Below are positions 29,548 through 42,890 of a DNA stretch of 64,000 bases, one piece after another (position 1 is the stretch's first letter; each line of letters starts with the position of its first letter). The notes beneath the pieces were generated by a model that worked only from the letters and a program-made list of their open reading frames with translations, had not been told where the DNA came from and did no database searches. Both the position numbers and the translations under genes were made by a program. Source of the DNA: an uncultured Chloroflexia bacterium (GTDB lineage: Bacteria; Chloroflexota; Limnocylindria; Limnocylindrales; CSP1-4); NCBI GenBank assembly GCA_963744095.1, contig CAVUSH010000006.1:133670-197669 (forward strand), given 5' to 3'.

Positions 29548-30492
29548 ATGGCGACGATCGGCGAGCATCTCGCGGCCGCGGTCGACCGCCTGCGCGCGAG
29601 CGGCTCGGAGACCGCCCGCCTGGATGCCGAGCTGCTCCTGGCCCACGCGATCGGGGTCGAGCGAACCGCCGTCATCGCCCATCCCGAAGGGACGGTGGGT
29701 ACCGAGGCCGCAGCGCGCTTCCTCGGCCACGTTGCCAGGCGCGCCGCCGGCGAGCCGGTGGCCTACATCCGCGGCCTCAAGGAGTTCCACGGCGTGGCCC
29801 TTGCCGTCGACGCCCGGGCGATGATCCCTCGCCCCGAGACAGAGGTGCTCGTGGAGCTGGCCCTCGGCACGATCGGCGAGCGCCTGGCGGGCACCCCCCG
29901 GCCGCCGGGAACCCCGCCCCTCGCCGTGGCCGACGTCGGGACCGGGAGCGGCGCGATCGCCGTGGCCCTGGCGGTGGCACTCCGCCGCCGAGGGATGCTC
30001 GGCGAGGTTGAGATCGTCGCCTCCGACGCGTCCGCCGAGGCGGCCGACCTCGCCCTCGAGAACGCGGTCGCCCAGGGCGTCGGGGATCGCGTGGCGGTCG
30101 CGACGGCCGACCTGCTTCCCGCCCCCGGAGGACAGGTGGGCCTCCTGGTGGTGCCCGCCCGCTTCGATGTCGTCTGCGCCAACCTGCCCTACATCCCATC
30201 CCCGGTGGTGCCCGAGCTCCCGGTGGCGGCCTCCTTCGAGCCCCGGGCCGCGCTCGACGGGGGACCGGACGGGCTCGACGTCATCCGGCGCCTGCTCGCG
30301 CTCCTGCCGGATCGGGTCGGGGCCGCCGGCGTCGCGCTCCTGGAGATCGGCGACGAGCAGGGACCGGCTCTCCGCGCGGCCGCGGCGGAGCGGCTCCCCG
30401 GCTGGGAGGTGCGCCTCGAGCCGGACCTGGCCGGAACGCCGCGCGTCGCCGTGCTCGAGGCTCCGCCCGATCCGGCAGTCCCGCCGGCATGA
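29548..30492 (+). CDS. prmC: Release factor glutamine N5-methyltransferase PrmC
   Basis: SAM-binding motif DVGTGSGAIAV and catalytic NLPYIP (NPPY-type) motif. Located downstream of prfA. Confidence 0.85.
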   Translation: MATIGEHLAAAVDRLRASGSETARLDAELLLAHAIGVERTAVIAHPEGTVGTEAAARFLGHVARRAAGEPVAYIRGLKEFHGVALAVDARAMIPRPETEVLVELALGTIGERLAGTPRPPGTPPLAVADVGTGSGAIAVALAVALRRRGMLGEVEIVASDASAEAADLALENAVAQGVGDRVAVATADLLPAPGGQVGLLVVPARFDVVCANLPYIPSPVVPELPVAASFEPRAALDGGPDGLDVIRRLLALLPDRVGAAGVALLEIGDEQGPALRAAAAERLPGWEVRLEPDLAGTPRVAVLEAPPDPAVPPA

Positions 30493-31325
30493 GCGGTCGC
30501 CGAATCCGCCTCGTCGCCCTCGACCTCGACGGAACGCTGATCGGCGACGACCTGCGCCTCCCGCCGCGGACCGTGGCGACGATCCGGGCCGCGGTCGCGC
30601 GCGGCGTCCACGTCGCCCTCGTCACCGGGCGCATGTCGAGCTCCGCCCTCCCCTACGCCCGCGAGCTCGGGCTGCGAGCCCCGCTCGTCGGCCTCCAGGG
30701 TGCGCTCGTCCGCGAGATGCCCGCGCCGGGCAGCGCCCGCCTGGGTCGCCTTCTCCTCCACCGCCCGCTGCCCGCCGACGTGGCCCGGGACGCGATCGCC
30801 TGGTGCCGCACGGCGGGCCTGACGCCCCACGTGAACCACCTGGAGAAGATGGTGATCCCCGCCGGCGACGAACGGGCGGACGATTATTCGCGCTGGAACT
30901 TCGGGCGCGTCGTCCTGGTGCCCGACCTCGACGGCTGGGTCCGGGCGCCGGTCACCAAGATCATCGCCGTGGGCCAGCCTCCGTTGCCGGACGAGGCCCT
31001 GGAGCGTGCCCGGGCCGCCTTCGCCGGGCGTGCCGACCCGACGGTCAGCCACCCGATGTTCCTGGAGTTCCTGGCCCCGGGCGTGAACAAGGGGCGGGCC
31101 GTCCGATTCCTGGCCCGCCGGCTCGGGGTGGACCTGCGCGACACGCTGGCGATCGGCGACCAGCGCAACGACGTCGAGATGATCGCGGAGGTGGGGATGG
31201 GGGTGGCCATGGCCGGGGCTCCGGACGCGGTTCGCGCCGTGGCCCGCCTGGTGGCGCCTCCGCTCGCCGAGGAGGGAGCGGCCCAGGTGATCGAGGACCT
31301 CGTGCTCGGCGGTCGGCGGACCTGA
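30489..31325 (+). CDS. Cof-type HAD-IIB family hydrolase
   Basis: [10 protein letters not shown] (motif I), VTGR (motif II) and GDQRNDVEM (motif IV). The start overlaps the prmC stop. Confidence 0.8.
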   Translation: MSGRRIRLVALDLDGTLIGDDLRLPPRTVATIRAAVARGVHVALVTGRMSSSALPYARELGLRAPLVGLQGALVREMPAPGSARLGRLLLHRPLPADVARDAIAWCRTAGLTPHVNHLEKMVIPAGDERADDYSRWNFGRVVLVPDLDGWVRAPVTKIIAVGQPPLPDEALERARAAFAGRADPTVSHPMFLEFLAPGVNKGRAVRFLARRLGVDLRDTLAIGDQRNDVEMIAEVGMGVAMAGAPDAVRAVARLVAPPLAEEGAAQVIEDLVLGGRRT

Positions 31326-31446
31326 CGGGCAGGGCCACGCCGCCGATGGGCGCCGGGCGCCTTCCACGAGGGACGCGACGCCGCCGCATGGGCCAGAATG
31401 GGCTCGGGCCGGACGGAGCGATCCGGCGGGGCCGAAGGAGTCGCGG

Positions 31447-32727
31447 ATGAGCATGTCCGGCGCGCTGCGCTCCGCCTGGGCGTCGATCCGGGAGATCGAC
31501 CCGGAGGTCTGGGCGGCCATGCGCGGCGAGGCCGAACGCCAGCGCTGGAAGATCGAGCTGATCGCGAGCGAGAATTACACCTTCGCCGCGGTCATGGAGG
31601 CCCAGGGCTCCTGGCTCACGAACAAGTACGCGGAGGGCCTCCCGGGGCGCCGCTACTACGGTGGCTGCGAGTGGGTCGACGTCGTGGAGCGGCTCGCCCG
31701 GGAACGCGCCCTGGCGCTCTTCCCCGGCGCCGCCCACGTGAACGTGCAGCCGCACTCCGGGGCCCAGGCGAACCAGGCCGCCTTCTTCGCGGTGCTGACG
31801 CCGGGCGATCGGATCCTGGGCCTGCGCCTGGATCACGGGGGCCACCTGACGCACGGCCTCGGAGTGAACCTGAGCGGCCGCTGGTTCGAGGCCCACCACT
31901 ACGGCGTCGACGCGGTGACGGAGACGATCGACTACGAGGCCCTGGAGCGCCAGGCCGCCGAGGTTCGCCCGAAGCTCCTGATCGCCGGAGCGAGCATGTA
32001 CTCGCGGATCCTCGACTTCGAACGGCTCGCCACGATCGCCCACGGGGTGGGAGCCCGTCTCCTGGTGGACATGGCCCACATCGCGGGCCTGGTCGCGGCC
32101 GGGGTCCACCCGTCGCCGTTCCCCCACGCCGACCTCGTCACCACCACGACCCACAAGACCCTGCGTGGACCGCGGGGAGGCCTCATCTTCTCCTCCCCCG
32201 AGCTCGCCACCGCGGTCGACCGAGCCGTCTTCCCGGGGATCCAGGGCGGCCCGCTCATGCACGTGATCGCGGCCAAGGCGGTCGCCCTCCGCCTCGCCGC
32301 GAGCGACGAGTTCCGCGACGACCAGCGGCGAACCGTGGAGAACGCGCGGGTGCTCGCCGCCGAGGTGGCCCAGCGGGGCGGACGGATCATCGCGGGGGGA
32401 ACGGACACCCACGTCTTCTCGATCGACGTCCGGCCCTTCGGGACGACCGGCAAGGAGGCCGAGCGACTCCTGGACGACGTCGGGATCACCGTGAACAAGA
32501 ACACCATCCCCTTCGATCCCGCCTCCCCCAACGTCACCTCGGGCATCCGGGTCGGGACGCCGGCGACGACGACCCGGGGCTTCGGGCCCGCCGAGATGCG
32601 CGACGTGGGGCGCCTGCTCGTGGAGGCGCTCGTCAGGCGCGACGAGCCGGCCGAGCACACCAGGATCGGGGCCGAGGTGCGCGACATCTGCGCCCGCTTC
32701 CCGGTCCCGGGCCTGCCGGAGGCGTGA
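31447..32727 (+). CDS. glyA: Serine hydroxymethyltransferase
   Basis: [21 protein letters not shown], and [14 protein letters not shown] with the PLP lysine. Confidence 0.96.
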   Translation: MSMSGALRSAWASIREIDPEVWAAMRGEAERQRWKIELIASENYTFAAVMEAQGSWLTNKYAEGLPGRRYYGGCEWVDVVERLARERALALFPGAAHVNVQPHSGAQANQAAFFAVLTPGDRILGLRLDHGGHLTHGLGVNLSGRWFEAHHYGVDAVTETIDYEALERQAAEVRPKLLIAGASMYSRILDFERLATIAHGVGARLLVDMAHIAGLVAAGVHPSPFPHADLVTTTTHKTLRGPRGGLIFSSPELATAVDRAVFPGIQGGPLMHVIAAKAVALRLAASDEFRDDQRRTVENARVLAAEVAQRGGRIIAGGTDTHVFSIDVRPFGTTGKEAERLLDDVGITVNKNTIPFDPASPNVTSGIRVGTPATTTRGFGPAEMRDVGRLLVEALVRRDEPAEHTRIGAEVRDICARFPVPGLPEA

Positions 32728-32752
32728 CGGCCGCCCGCCCGGGGATGACCCG

Positions 32753-33841
32753 GTGACCGGCGTCGACCTCCTCGTTCCCGCCGCGGTCGCGTTTCTCGCG
32801 GCTGCAGTCCTCGCCTTCGTCCTGACCCCGGTCGTGCGCCGCCTGGCGCAGCGCGTGAAGGCCGTCGACCATCCCGACGAGCGCCGCGTCAACACGACCC
32901 CCGTGCCCCGGGGTGGCGGCGTGGCCGTGGGCGTGGCCTTCCTCGTCGTGGTGGCCGCGCTCTTCGCGACCGACGCGATCGTGGGCCTGTGGGGACCGCT
33001 CGATGCCCTGGCCCGGCCCGAGATCGCCGCCCTCCTCATCGGGGGCGCCGCCGCGGTCGTGGTCGGCCTCATCGACGATCAGCTCGACCTCCGGGCGCGC
33101 TGGCAGTTCGGCGGCCAGCTGCTCGTCGCCCTGGTCCCGGTGGGGCTGGGAATCACGGTCGGAGTCATCGCCAACCCGTTCGGCCCCGGGGTCATCCGGC
33201 TGGAAGGAATCTGGGCCGCCATCTTCGTCGTGGTCTGGACCGTCGGGATGATCAACAGCATCAACTTCATCGACGGCCTCGACGGCCTGTCCTCGGGCGT
33301 GGCCCTGATCGCCGCGGTGACGCTGGGGATCATCAGCGCGACCGGGCTGGCCACCGAGCCGGTCGTGGCGCTGGTCTGCGCGATCCTGGCGGGGGCGCTC
33401 CTGGGGTTCCTGCGCTGGAACTTCCACCCCGCGTCGATCTTCATCGGCACGAGCGGCGTCATGTTCCTCGGCTACACCCTGGCGCTCCTCTCGATCCTGG
33501 GCAGCGCCAAGGTGGTGGTGGCGCTCCTCGTGCTCGGCGTGCCCATCATCGACACCTTCTACATCATCGTGCGGAGGGTCTCCCGGGGCCGCTCCCCCTT
33601 CTCGGCCGACCGCGGCCACATCCACCACCGCCTCCTGGACCTGGGCCTCAGCCACACCCAGACCGTCCTGCTCATCTATGCCATCTGCATCGGCCTCGGA
33701 GCCCTCTCGCTGGTCCTGTCCGGGAGCGGGCAGCTCTACGCGTTCCTGGGTGCGTTCCTGGTCTTCGGCCTCGTCATCCTCCTCCTCGACCGGGTGGTCG
33801 AGGACCGGAACGCGGACGAGGAGGGACCCGGCGCGGGCTGA
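32753..33841 (+). CDS. MraY/WecA-family polyprenyl-phosphate N-acetylhexosamine-1-phosphate transferase (GT4 family)
   Basis: 362 aa, ~11 TM. Motifs: IDDQLDL, NSINFIDGLDGL, and C-terminal SPFSADRGHIHHRLL. Confidence 0.85.
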   Translation: MTGVDLLVPAAVAFLAAAVLAFVLTPVVRRLAQRVKAVDHPDERRVNTTPVPRGGGVAVGVAFLVVVAALFATDAIVGLWGPLDALARPEIAALLIGGAAAVVVGLIDDQLDLRARWQFGGQLLVALVPVGLGITVGVIANPFGPGVIRLEGIWAAIFVVVWTVGMINSINFIDGLDGLSSGVALIAAVTLGIISATGLATEPVVALVCAILAGALLGFLRWNFHPASIFIGTSGVMFLGYTLALLSILGSAKVVVALLVLGVPIIDTFYIIVRRVSRGRSPFSADRGHIHHRLLDLGLSHTQTVLLIYAICIGLGALSLVLSGSGQLYAFLGAFLVFGLVILLLDRVVEDRNADEEGPGAG

Positions 33842-33897
33842 GCGCGCTACCCTAGCGGGGGCCCCGGATCGGGTGAGGCCCGGGTGAAGGAGCGGGC

Positions 33898-34950
33898 GTG
33901 CCAAAGCGAGGCGTTGAGGAGGGCGCACGGGACGCTGTCCTGGCGCTGCTCGGCACCCCGGGCCTCCGGACGTGGGTCGCGATCGTCGCCGGCGCCGTGG
34001 CGGTCGGGACGGCCGGCTACATGGTCCTCGAGGGTTGGGACCTGCTCGACGCCCTCTACATGACGGTGATCAGCGTCACCACGGTCGGGTTCAAGGAAGT
34101 CCGCGAACTTGACGCCACGGGGCGCATCTGGACCATGATCATGTCGGGGACGGGAGTGGTCCTCGTCTTCGGGACGGTGGGCCTCGTCACGGAGTACCTC
34201 ATCCTCGAGGCGACGAGCGGAAGGAGCCGGACGCGACGGATGGCGAAGGCGGTCGGGGCCCTGAGCAGTCACTACGTCCTCTGTGGCTATGGGCGGGTCG
34301 GGTCCACCGTGGCCCGGGAGCTGGTGCACGAGGGCACCGCTTTCGTGGTGATCGACGTGAACCCCGCCTCGCTCGAGCGGGCGCGGGCCGACGGGCACCT
34401 CGTGGTCGAAGGCGACGCCACGGACGACGCCACGCTCCGCGCGGCCGGGATCGAGCGGGCGCGCGGCCTGCTCTCGACGATCGACTCGGACGCCCAGAAC
34501 GTCTACGTGATCCTCTCGGCCCGGGCTATCAACCCCTCCCTCCTGGTGGTCGGCCGGGCCGGCACGCCGTCCGCCGAGGAGAAGCTGGCTCTCGCGGGCG
34601 CCAATCGGATCGTGTCCCCATACACGATGGCGGGCCGGCGCCTCGCCGAGCTGGCAATCCGGCCGCGGGTCGTCGACTTCCTCGACGCCGCCCTGTCCCA
34701 CGGGGAGCTCTCGTTCAGCCTGGAAGAGCTCCACGTGACGCTCGACGGCGGGTTGAACGGGGTGACGGTCGCCGGCCTCCGCGAACGCGGCCTCTTCGTG
34801 CTCGCCATCCTCACCGACGATGGCCGCTACGCGGCGAACCCAGCGGACGACCGCCGGCTCGCGGTTGGCGAGACGATCATCGCGTCCGGGTCCGCGGACG
34901 CCTTCCGCTCGGCGCACGACAACGACGGGCCGGCGGGCGCGCGCCGATGA
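33898..34950 (+). CDS. Two-TM K+-channel-like protein with RCK (TrkA-N/TrkA-C) domains; atypical filter TTVGFKE
   Basis: The pore helix and filter read [15 protein letters not shown]. The Rossmann motif is [16 protein letters not shown], followed by a TrkA-C-like C-terminus. Confidence 0.75.
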   Translation: MPKRGVEEGARDAVLALLGTPGLRTWVAIVAGAVAVGTAGYMVLEGWDLLDALYMTVISVTTVGFKEVRELDATGRIWTMIMSGTGVVLVFGTVGLVTEYLILEATSGRSRTRRMAKAVGALSSHYVLCGYGRVGSTVARELVHEGTAFVVIDVNPASLERARADGHLVVEGDATDDATLRAAGIERARGLLSTIDSDAQNVYVILSARAINPSLLVVGRAGTPSAEEKLALAGANRIVSPYTMAGRRLAELAIRPRVVDFLDAALSHGELSFSLEELHVTLDGGLNGVTVAGLRERGLFVLAILTDDGRYAANPADDRRLAVGETIIASGSADAFRSAHDNDGPAGARR

Positions 34951-35681
34951 CCGTGGAGGCGCTGCTCGCGGCCGCGGTGATCGGCGCGATCGTCGTCGCC
35001 ATCGTCGTGGCGGTCGCCCGGGGTCGCGTGGTCCGGGCGCGACGCAGGCAGGTGTCGGACGCGGCCCTGCGCGAGAGCGAGCGAGTGGCGATGAGCCGAC
35101 TCGCCTGGCTTATCGGCCGTTCGGAGGAACCTCCGGAGGTGGCGCCGCCGCCGGCGTCCGCCCGCGACGCGCGGCCGCCGGCCGCCGGCGTGGCTGGCCT
35201 GCCGCTCGAAGAACGGGTGGTCTCGCCGCGACTCCGGCTCTGGCGGGACACCGCCGCGGTGCTCCTCGTCGGGGCAATCGGGGTCCTGGTGGTCACCTTC
35301 GTCCTGCCGCCCGCCCCACCCGCCGACGGTGGCGTGCTGGGCGCGACGGCCACGCCTCGACCGGCCGCGTCGCCGGACGCTCCGGCGCTGACGCCGCCGG
35401 CCACGCCCGCGCCCATGTCGCCCACGCCGACGGCGACGCCCGCGCCCGCGCCCACGCCCATGTCACCCACGCCGACGCCCGCGCCCGCGCCCACGCCCGC
35501 TCCTACGCCGACGCCCGCGCCGACGCCCGCCCCGACCGCGGAGCCGGCGCCACAGCCGACGCCCCGCCCGACCGCTCGCCCGACGCCGCGCCCGACCCCC
35601 CGCCCCACGCCGACGCCCGTGGTCGTGACGCCGCCACCCGCCGCGACCCCGGAACCGTCGTCGCCGTCCCCGGCACCGTAG
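34947..35681 (+). CDS. Hypothetical membrane protein with Pro/Thr/Ala-rich C-terminal repeat region
   Basis: 244 aa. The start overlaps the channel stop (ATGA). It has two hydrophobic helices, then PTPxPAPxP-type low complexity. I recognise no family. Confidence 0.4.
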   Translation: MTVEALLAAAVIGAIVVAIVVAVARGRVVRARRRQVSDAALRESERVAMSRLAWLIGRSEEPPEVAPPPASARDARPPAAGVAGLPLEERVVSPRLRLWRDTAAVLLVGAIGVLVVTFVLPPAPPADGGVLGATATPRPAASPDAPALTPPATPAPMSPTPTATPAPAPTPMSPTPTPAPAPTPAPTPTPAPTPAPTAEPAPQPTPRPTARPTPRPTPRPTPTPVVVTPPPAATPEPSSPSPAP

Positions 35682-35739
35682 GCCGGCAGCAGGAGACCTG
35701 CCGGGCGCCGCGATTCGCTGCCGGGCCGCAACCCTTTGC

Positions 35740-35745
35740 TATACT
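35740..35745 (+). promoter_or_regulatory. -10-like TATACT upstream of the atp operon
   Basis: TATACT lies 30 nt upstream of the first atp-operon ORF, followed by the SD-like GGAGGG. Confidence 0.35.
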
Positions 35746-35775
35746 CCCCCGGCGTCGGAGGGACCCGCGCTACGC

Positions 35776-35994
35776 ATGACCGGACGGTCGTTTGCCTACT
35801 TCGCGCTCTTTTCGGAGATCGGCATCGTCCTCCTGGTGACCATCCTGGTCGGTGTGCTCGCGGGGTACTGGGCCGATCAGCAACTGCGGACGCTGCCGAT
35901 CTTCCTGCTCGTCGGGTTTCTCGTGGGACTGACCGCCGGAGCGCGGGTGGTGTACCAGCTGATCAACCGCTTCCTGGCCGAGGCAGAGGATTGA
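35776..35994 (+). CDS. AtpZ/AtpI-like small membrane protein of the F-ATPase operon
   Basis: 72 aa, two TM helices. It occupies the first position of the atp operon. Confidence 0.6.
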   Translation: MTGRSFAYFALFSEIGIVLLVTILVGVLAGYWADQQLRTLPIFLLVGFLVGLTAGARVVYQLINRFLAEAED

Positions 35995-36040
35995 GGGGCC
36001 GCGCGGCAGACGCGCCGCGCGCCGTGCGACAGGAGCGACC

Positions 36041-37078
36041 GTGGCCAACGACCCCGAGACGGAGACCGTTGCGCACGGCGCGGCCGACGGCCGCGCCGTG
36101 CGTCGTCGCATCCATCCCGTCGTCTGGCTCCTCTTCGCGGCCATTGTCATCGACGTCGTCGCCTTCTTCGTCGCGCCGCCGTTCCCCAAGGGCGGGGAGG
36201 CCGGCGACGCCTGCGCCTTCCCGGTCTGCTTCATCAACGGCAACCTGGAGTTCCCGCCGCCACACGTCGTCTGGGACCTCGACCCGGCCAATCCCATGCC
36301 CACCGGGTCGCTGGTGGTCACGTTCCATCCGAGCATCACCTCGACCCTCCTGACGATGTGGATCATCGAGCTGGTGCTGCTCGTCGTCGGGTTCGCCGCC
36401 ACGCGCCGGCCGCGTCGCGTCCCGGGGCGGCTCGAGAACTTCGTGGAGTGGGCATTCGAGTCGCTCGACGGCTTCGCCCGCTCCACCGGCGGCCCGACGG
36501 CGGCCCGGCACGTGCCGATCTTCGCCTCGTTCTTCATCCTGATTCTCTTCTGCAACTGGAGCGGCCTCCTGCCGCCGGTGGGCAAGATCGAGGAGCTGCG
36601 CGCGCCGACGAGCGACGTGAACGTCACGATCGGCCTGGCCCTCGTCGCGTTCGTCTACTTCGAGGTCCAGGGCTTCCGGGCGCTAGGTGCCGGCTACGTG
36701 GGCAAGTTCTTTCCGATTCGCGAATTCCGGAGCGGGATCGGGGCCGGCCTCATCGCCATGTTCGTGGGCGCGATCGAGCTGATGCTCGAGCTCGTGAAGC
36801 CGATCACGCTGAGCATGCGGTTGTTCGGCAACATCTACGGGGGCGAGGTCGCGCTCGGCGTCGTCACCGCCCTCACGGTGGCCCTCCTGCCGGTCATGAT
36901 CTACGGCCTGGAGGCCATGCTCAACTTCGTGCAGGCCCTGATCTTCAGCACCCTCACCCTCATGTTCGCGCTCGTCGCGATGGAGTCACACGAGGAGGAG
37001 CACGCGGTCCACGACGCCGCGCTCGCCGTCGAGGAGTCGAGCGGGCGCGAGCACCTCGCCACGTCGCCGGCGTACTGA
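36041..37078 (+). CDS. atpB: F0F1 ATP synthase subunit a (with long N-terminal extension)
   Basis: The conserved block ITLSMRLFGNIYGGE carries the essential Arg, and the C-terminal FVQALIFSTLTLMF is present. Confidence 0.9.
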   Translation: MANDPETETVAHGAADGRAVRRRIHPVVWLLFAAIVIDVVAFFVAPPFPKGGEAGDACAFPVCFINGNLEFPPPHVVWDLDPANPMPTGSLVVTFHPSITSTLLTMWIIELVLLVVGFAATRRPRRVPGRLENFVEWAFESLDGFARSTGGPTAARHVPIFASFFILILFCNWSGLLPPVGKIEELRAPTSDVNVTIGLALVAFVYFEVQGFRALGAGYVGKFFPIREFRSGIGAGLIAMFVGAIELMLELVKPITLSMRLFGNIYGGEVALGVVTALTVALLPVMIYGLEAMLNFVQALIFSTLTLMFALVAMESHEEEHAVHDAALAVEESSGREHLATSPAY

Positions 37079-37142
37079 CGGCTATTCAACCCACGGCCCA
37101 CAGACCCGGGACGTCCCGGGCCGCACGGAGGAACAGGTCAAC

Positions 37143-37355
37143 ATGGAGCATATCGGCGCTGGGCTCGCTGCCCTCGGCGTTATCGGCCCCGGCATCGGCA
37201 TCGGCATCCTTGCCGGGATGTCGAGTGCCGCAATCGGCCGCAACCCGGATGCCGCCTCGCAGATCCGCGGCCTCGCGATCATCCTCGCCGCGTTCGCCGA
37301 AGGCCTCGGGGTGCTGGCGGTCGTCGTCGGCCTTCTCGCCATCTTCATCACGTAG
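37143..37355 (+). CDS. atpE: F0F1 ATP synthase subunit c
   Basis: 70 aa hairpin with the loop RNPD and the carboxylate in AAFAEGLG. Confidence 0.92.
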   Translation: MEHIGAGLAALGVIGPGIGIGILAGMSSAAIGRNPDAASQIRGLAIILAAFAEGLGVLAVVVGLLAIFIT

Positions 37356-37379
37356 CCAGCGACCCACCGGAGCCCCGGA

Positions 37380-37943
37380 GTGCACCTCTTCGCCGCTGCC
37401 AGCGAGGTCGCCCGCTCCGCCGTGGTGCTCACGGCGGAGGGCACGGCCGCGGGTGGCTTCACGATCAACCTGTTCTGGGTGATCGTCGCCGCCCTCAACT
37501 TCCTCGTCTTCTTCGCCCTGGCCTGGCTGATCATCCTCAAGCCCCTCTCGGGCCGGCTCGCCGACCGTCGCGTGGCGATCGACCAGGGCCTCAAGGACGC
37601 CGAGAAGGCCCGTGTCGCGCTCGAGACGTCGGCGGCCGCCGCGGCCGACGAGATCGCCGCGGCGCGTCGCGAGGCGCGCGAGATCCTGGATCGCGCCCAG
37701 CGCGTCGCCCAGGAGTCGCGCGAGGCCGACATCGCCGCCACCCGCGAGGAGCTGGAGCGGTTGCGCGTCCGCGCGGCGTCCGAGATCGAGGCCGAGAAGG
37801 GCCGGGCGATCGCGGACCTGCGGGCGGAGGTCGCGGACCTCGCCATGGCCGCCGCGGGCCGCATCGTCGGGGAGTCCATGACCGGCGAGCGCCAGCGCCG
37901 CCTCGTCGAGGAGTTCCTCGCCGAGTCGACGCCGCGGTCGTAG
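37380..37943 (+). CDS. atpF: F0F1 ATP synthase subunit b
   Basis: Single N-terminal TM followed by a long charged coiled coil. Assigned by operon position. GTG start. Confidence 0.85.
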   Translation: MHLFAAASEVARSAVVLTAEGTAAGGFTINLFWVIVAALNFLVFFALAWLIILKPLSGRLADRRVAIDQGLKDAEKARVALETSAAAAADEIAAARREAREILDRAQRVAQESREADIAATREELERLRVRAASEIEAEKGRAIADLRAEVADLAMAAAGRIVGESMTGERQRRLVEEFLAESTPRS

Positions 37944-37950
37944 CGTCCCG

Positions 37951-38514
37951 ATGGCTCGCCCTTCCACCGCTGCCCGACGGTACGCGGAAGCCGTGTTCGA
38001 GATCGCCCGGCGCGACGGGACCGAGGACGCCTGGCAGGTGGCTCTCGACGCCGCCTGGGACGTGCTCGGGTCCGCCGAGGTCCTCCGCATCGTGGAGAAC
38101 CCGGCGATCCCATTGCCGCAGCGGCAGGACGCCGTCCGCGCGGCGCTCGCCGTGGAGTCCAGCGTTACAGTCGCCGTTGGACGGCAGCTCACGAACCTGG
38201 TCGGGGCGCTCGTGGCGCGACGGCGGGTCTCCCTCGTCCCGGCCATTGCCGGCGAGTACGGACGCCTCCTCGACCACGACCGCGGCGTTGCCGCCGCGGT
38301 CGTCACCAGTGCCGCCCCGCTCGCCGCCGACGAGACCACGGCCATCGGGGCCCGGATCGAGGCGTTGGCGGGGACAACGGTCTCGCTCCGGACAGTCGTC
38401 GACCCCGCCCTCATCGGGGGCGTGACCGTTCGCATCGGCGACCAGCTCATCGACGCCAGCGTGCGGGGACGCCTCGAGCGACTCCGCAGCCGCATCGTCG
38501 CCGGAGCCCACTGA
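37951..38514 (+). CDS. atpH: F0F1 ATP synthase subunit delta (OSCP)
   Basis: The N-terminal ARRYAEAVFEIA and C-terminal DPALIGGVTVRIGDQLIDASVRGRL are typical of this subunit. Confidence 0.87.
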   Translation: MARPSTAARRYAEAVFEIARRDGTEDAWQVALDAAWDVLGSAEVLRIVENPAIPLPQRQDAVRAALAVESSVTVAVGRQLTNLVGALVARRRVSLVPAIAGEYGRLLDHDRGVAAAVVTSAAPLAADETTAIGARIEALAGTTVSLRTVVDPALIGGVTVRIGDQLIDASVRGRLERLRSRIVAGAH

Positions 38515-38574
38515 ACCCGCCCCACCCCGCGCCGGACGACCACCGGCCTGCCGCCACCGACTGGAGCACGACCC

Positions 38575-40110
<1,536 letters not shown>

Positions 40111-40134
40111 CGGCCGGGGGACCAGGAGCGGAGC

Positions 40135-40986
40135 GTGGCCAGCCAGCGGGACATCCGACGGCGCATCGGCGCCGTCAGGAACATCAAGCAGATCACCCGG
40201 GCGATGCAGTTCGTCGCTGCGTCGAAGCTCAAGCGCGCCCAGGATGCGACGCTCTCGAGCCGCCCCTACAGCCAGAAGATCGACGAGGTCATCGCCGACC
40301 TGGCCGCCGTCCTCGACGCCGAGCACGACCCCCTCCTCGCCCGTCGCGAGCACGGCAAGCGCCTGTTCGTCGTCGTCACGACAGACCGCGGGCTGGCCGG
40401 GCCCCTGAACACGAACACGGTCCGCTTCGCCCTCAAGGAGATCCTGGAGCACGAGGGCGACCTCTCCGTGGTGACCGTGGGGCGCAAGGGGCGGGATGCC
40501 CTGCGCCGGGCGCGGGTGCCCATGGAAGCCCACTTCGCCGGCTTCGGCGATCGGCCCAGCTTCGCCGACGTGACCCCGCTCACCCGCCTCATCACCGACG
40601 ACTTCCTGGCCGGGGACTACGCCCGGATCGACCTCGTCTACCCGAAGTTCGTGTCGACGCTCGTCCAGCGCCCCAGCCTGGAGCAGCTCCTCCCCATCCA
40701 GCCGGCGGTGGACACGGACGGCATCCCCGGCCACCAGTTCATCTTCGAGCCGAACCCGGCATCCGTCCTCCGCCAGCTCCTGCCACGCTACGTGGCAACC
40801 CGCGTCTACCAGGCCATCCTGGAGACGACGGCCTCGGAGATGTCGAGCAAGATGGTGGCGATGAAGAACGCGACGGAGAACGCCGAGGAGCTCATCGAGG
40901 ACCTGACGCTCTCCTACAACAAGGTTCGCCAGGCCAACATCACCCGCGAGATGGTCGAGATCGCGTCCGGCGCCCGGGCGCGCTGA
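40135..40986 (+). CDS. atpG: F0F1 ATP synthase subunit gamma
   Basis: The N-terminal IRRRIGAVRNIKQITRAMQFVAASKL and C-terminal LTLSYNKVRQANITREMVEI are typical of this subunit. Confidence 0.93.
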   Translation: MASQRDIRRRIGAVRNIKQITRAMQFVAASKLKRAQDATLSSRPYSQKIDEVIADLAAVLDAEHDPLLARREHGKRLFVVVTTDRGLAGPLNTNTVRFALKEILEHEGDLSVVTVGRKGRDALRRARVPMEAHFAGFGDRPSFADVTPLTRLITDDFLAGDYARIDLVYPKFVSTLVQRPSLEQLLPIQPAVDTDGIPGHQFIFEPNPASVLRQLLPRYVATRVYQAILETTASEMSSKMVAMKNATENAEELIEDLTLSYNKVRQANITREMVEIASGARAR

Positions 40987-42426
<1,440 letters not shown>

Positions 42427-42435
42427 GAGCGCGAG

Positions 42436-42864
42436 ATGCCCATCCGGCTCGAGATCGTCACCCCGGAGCGGCGGGTCTACGCGGAGGAGGTCGACGCGGT
42501 CGCCCTGCCCGGCAGCGAAGGCGAGCTCGGCATCCTGCCGCACCACGCCCCGCTCCTCTCCCTGCTGGGGGCGGGCGAGCTCCGCGTGCGCAAGCGCGGC
42601 ACGGAGGAATCCTTCGCCATCATCGGCGGCTTCGTCCAGGTTCTCCCCGACAAGATCGTGGTGATGGCAGAGACCGCCGACCTGGCGGCCGAGATCGACC
42701 TCGAACGGGCCCAGGAGGCTCGCCGCGACGCCGAGCGCGCCCTCGAGGCCGGGCTCGTGGAGTCGGCCGACCTCGCCCAGGCCCGGGCCGCCCTGCAGGC
42801 CGCGCTCGTCCGGATTCGCGTTGCCGAGCGTCGTCACCGGGAGGGGCCGCGGCGGCGCGGCTAG
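42436..42864 (+). CDS. atpC: F0F1 ATP synthase subunit epsilon
   Basis: Beta-sandwich N-terminus (LEIVTPERRVY...GELGILPHHAPL) plus a helical C-terminus. Confidence 0.9.
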   Translation: MPIRLEIVTPERRVYAEEVDAVALPGSEGELGILPHHAPLLSLLGAGELRVRKRGTEESFAIIGGFVQVLPDKIVVMAETADLAAEIDLERAQEARRDAERALEAGLVESADLAQARAALQAALVRIRVAERRHREGPRRRG

Positions 42865-42890
42865 CGCCGAGCGGCCGCGGGACGACGGCA

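Noticed and set aside
31326-31446. Possible ZTP (pfl) or other riboswitch in the 120-nt leader of glyA
   Set aside because: The leader contains ccgccgcatgggcc, which only loosely recalls the ZTP 3' motif CCGCCTGGGC. I could not find the 5' conserved GGGTCGTGACTGGCG-type element or a convincing pseudoknot.
35390-35640. Short-period DNA repeats here and at 24110-24319 and 26621-26695, as possible CRISPR or satellite arrays
   Set aside because: All are in-frame coding repeats producing low-complexity peptide (PT-rich, AVTP-type, AAKPA). There are no unique spacers of regular length and no cas genes.
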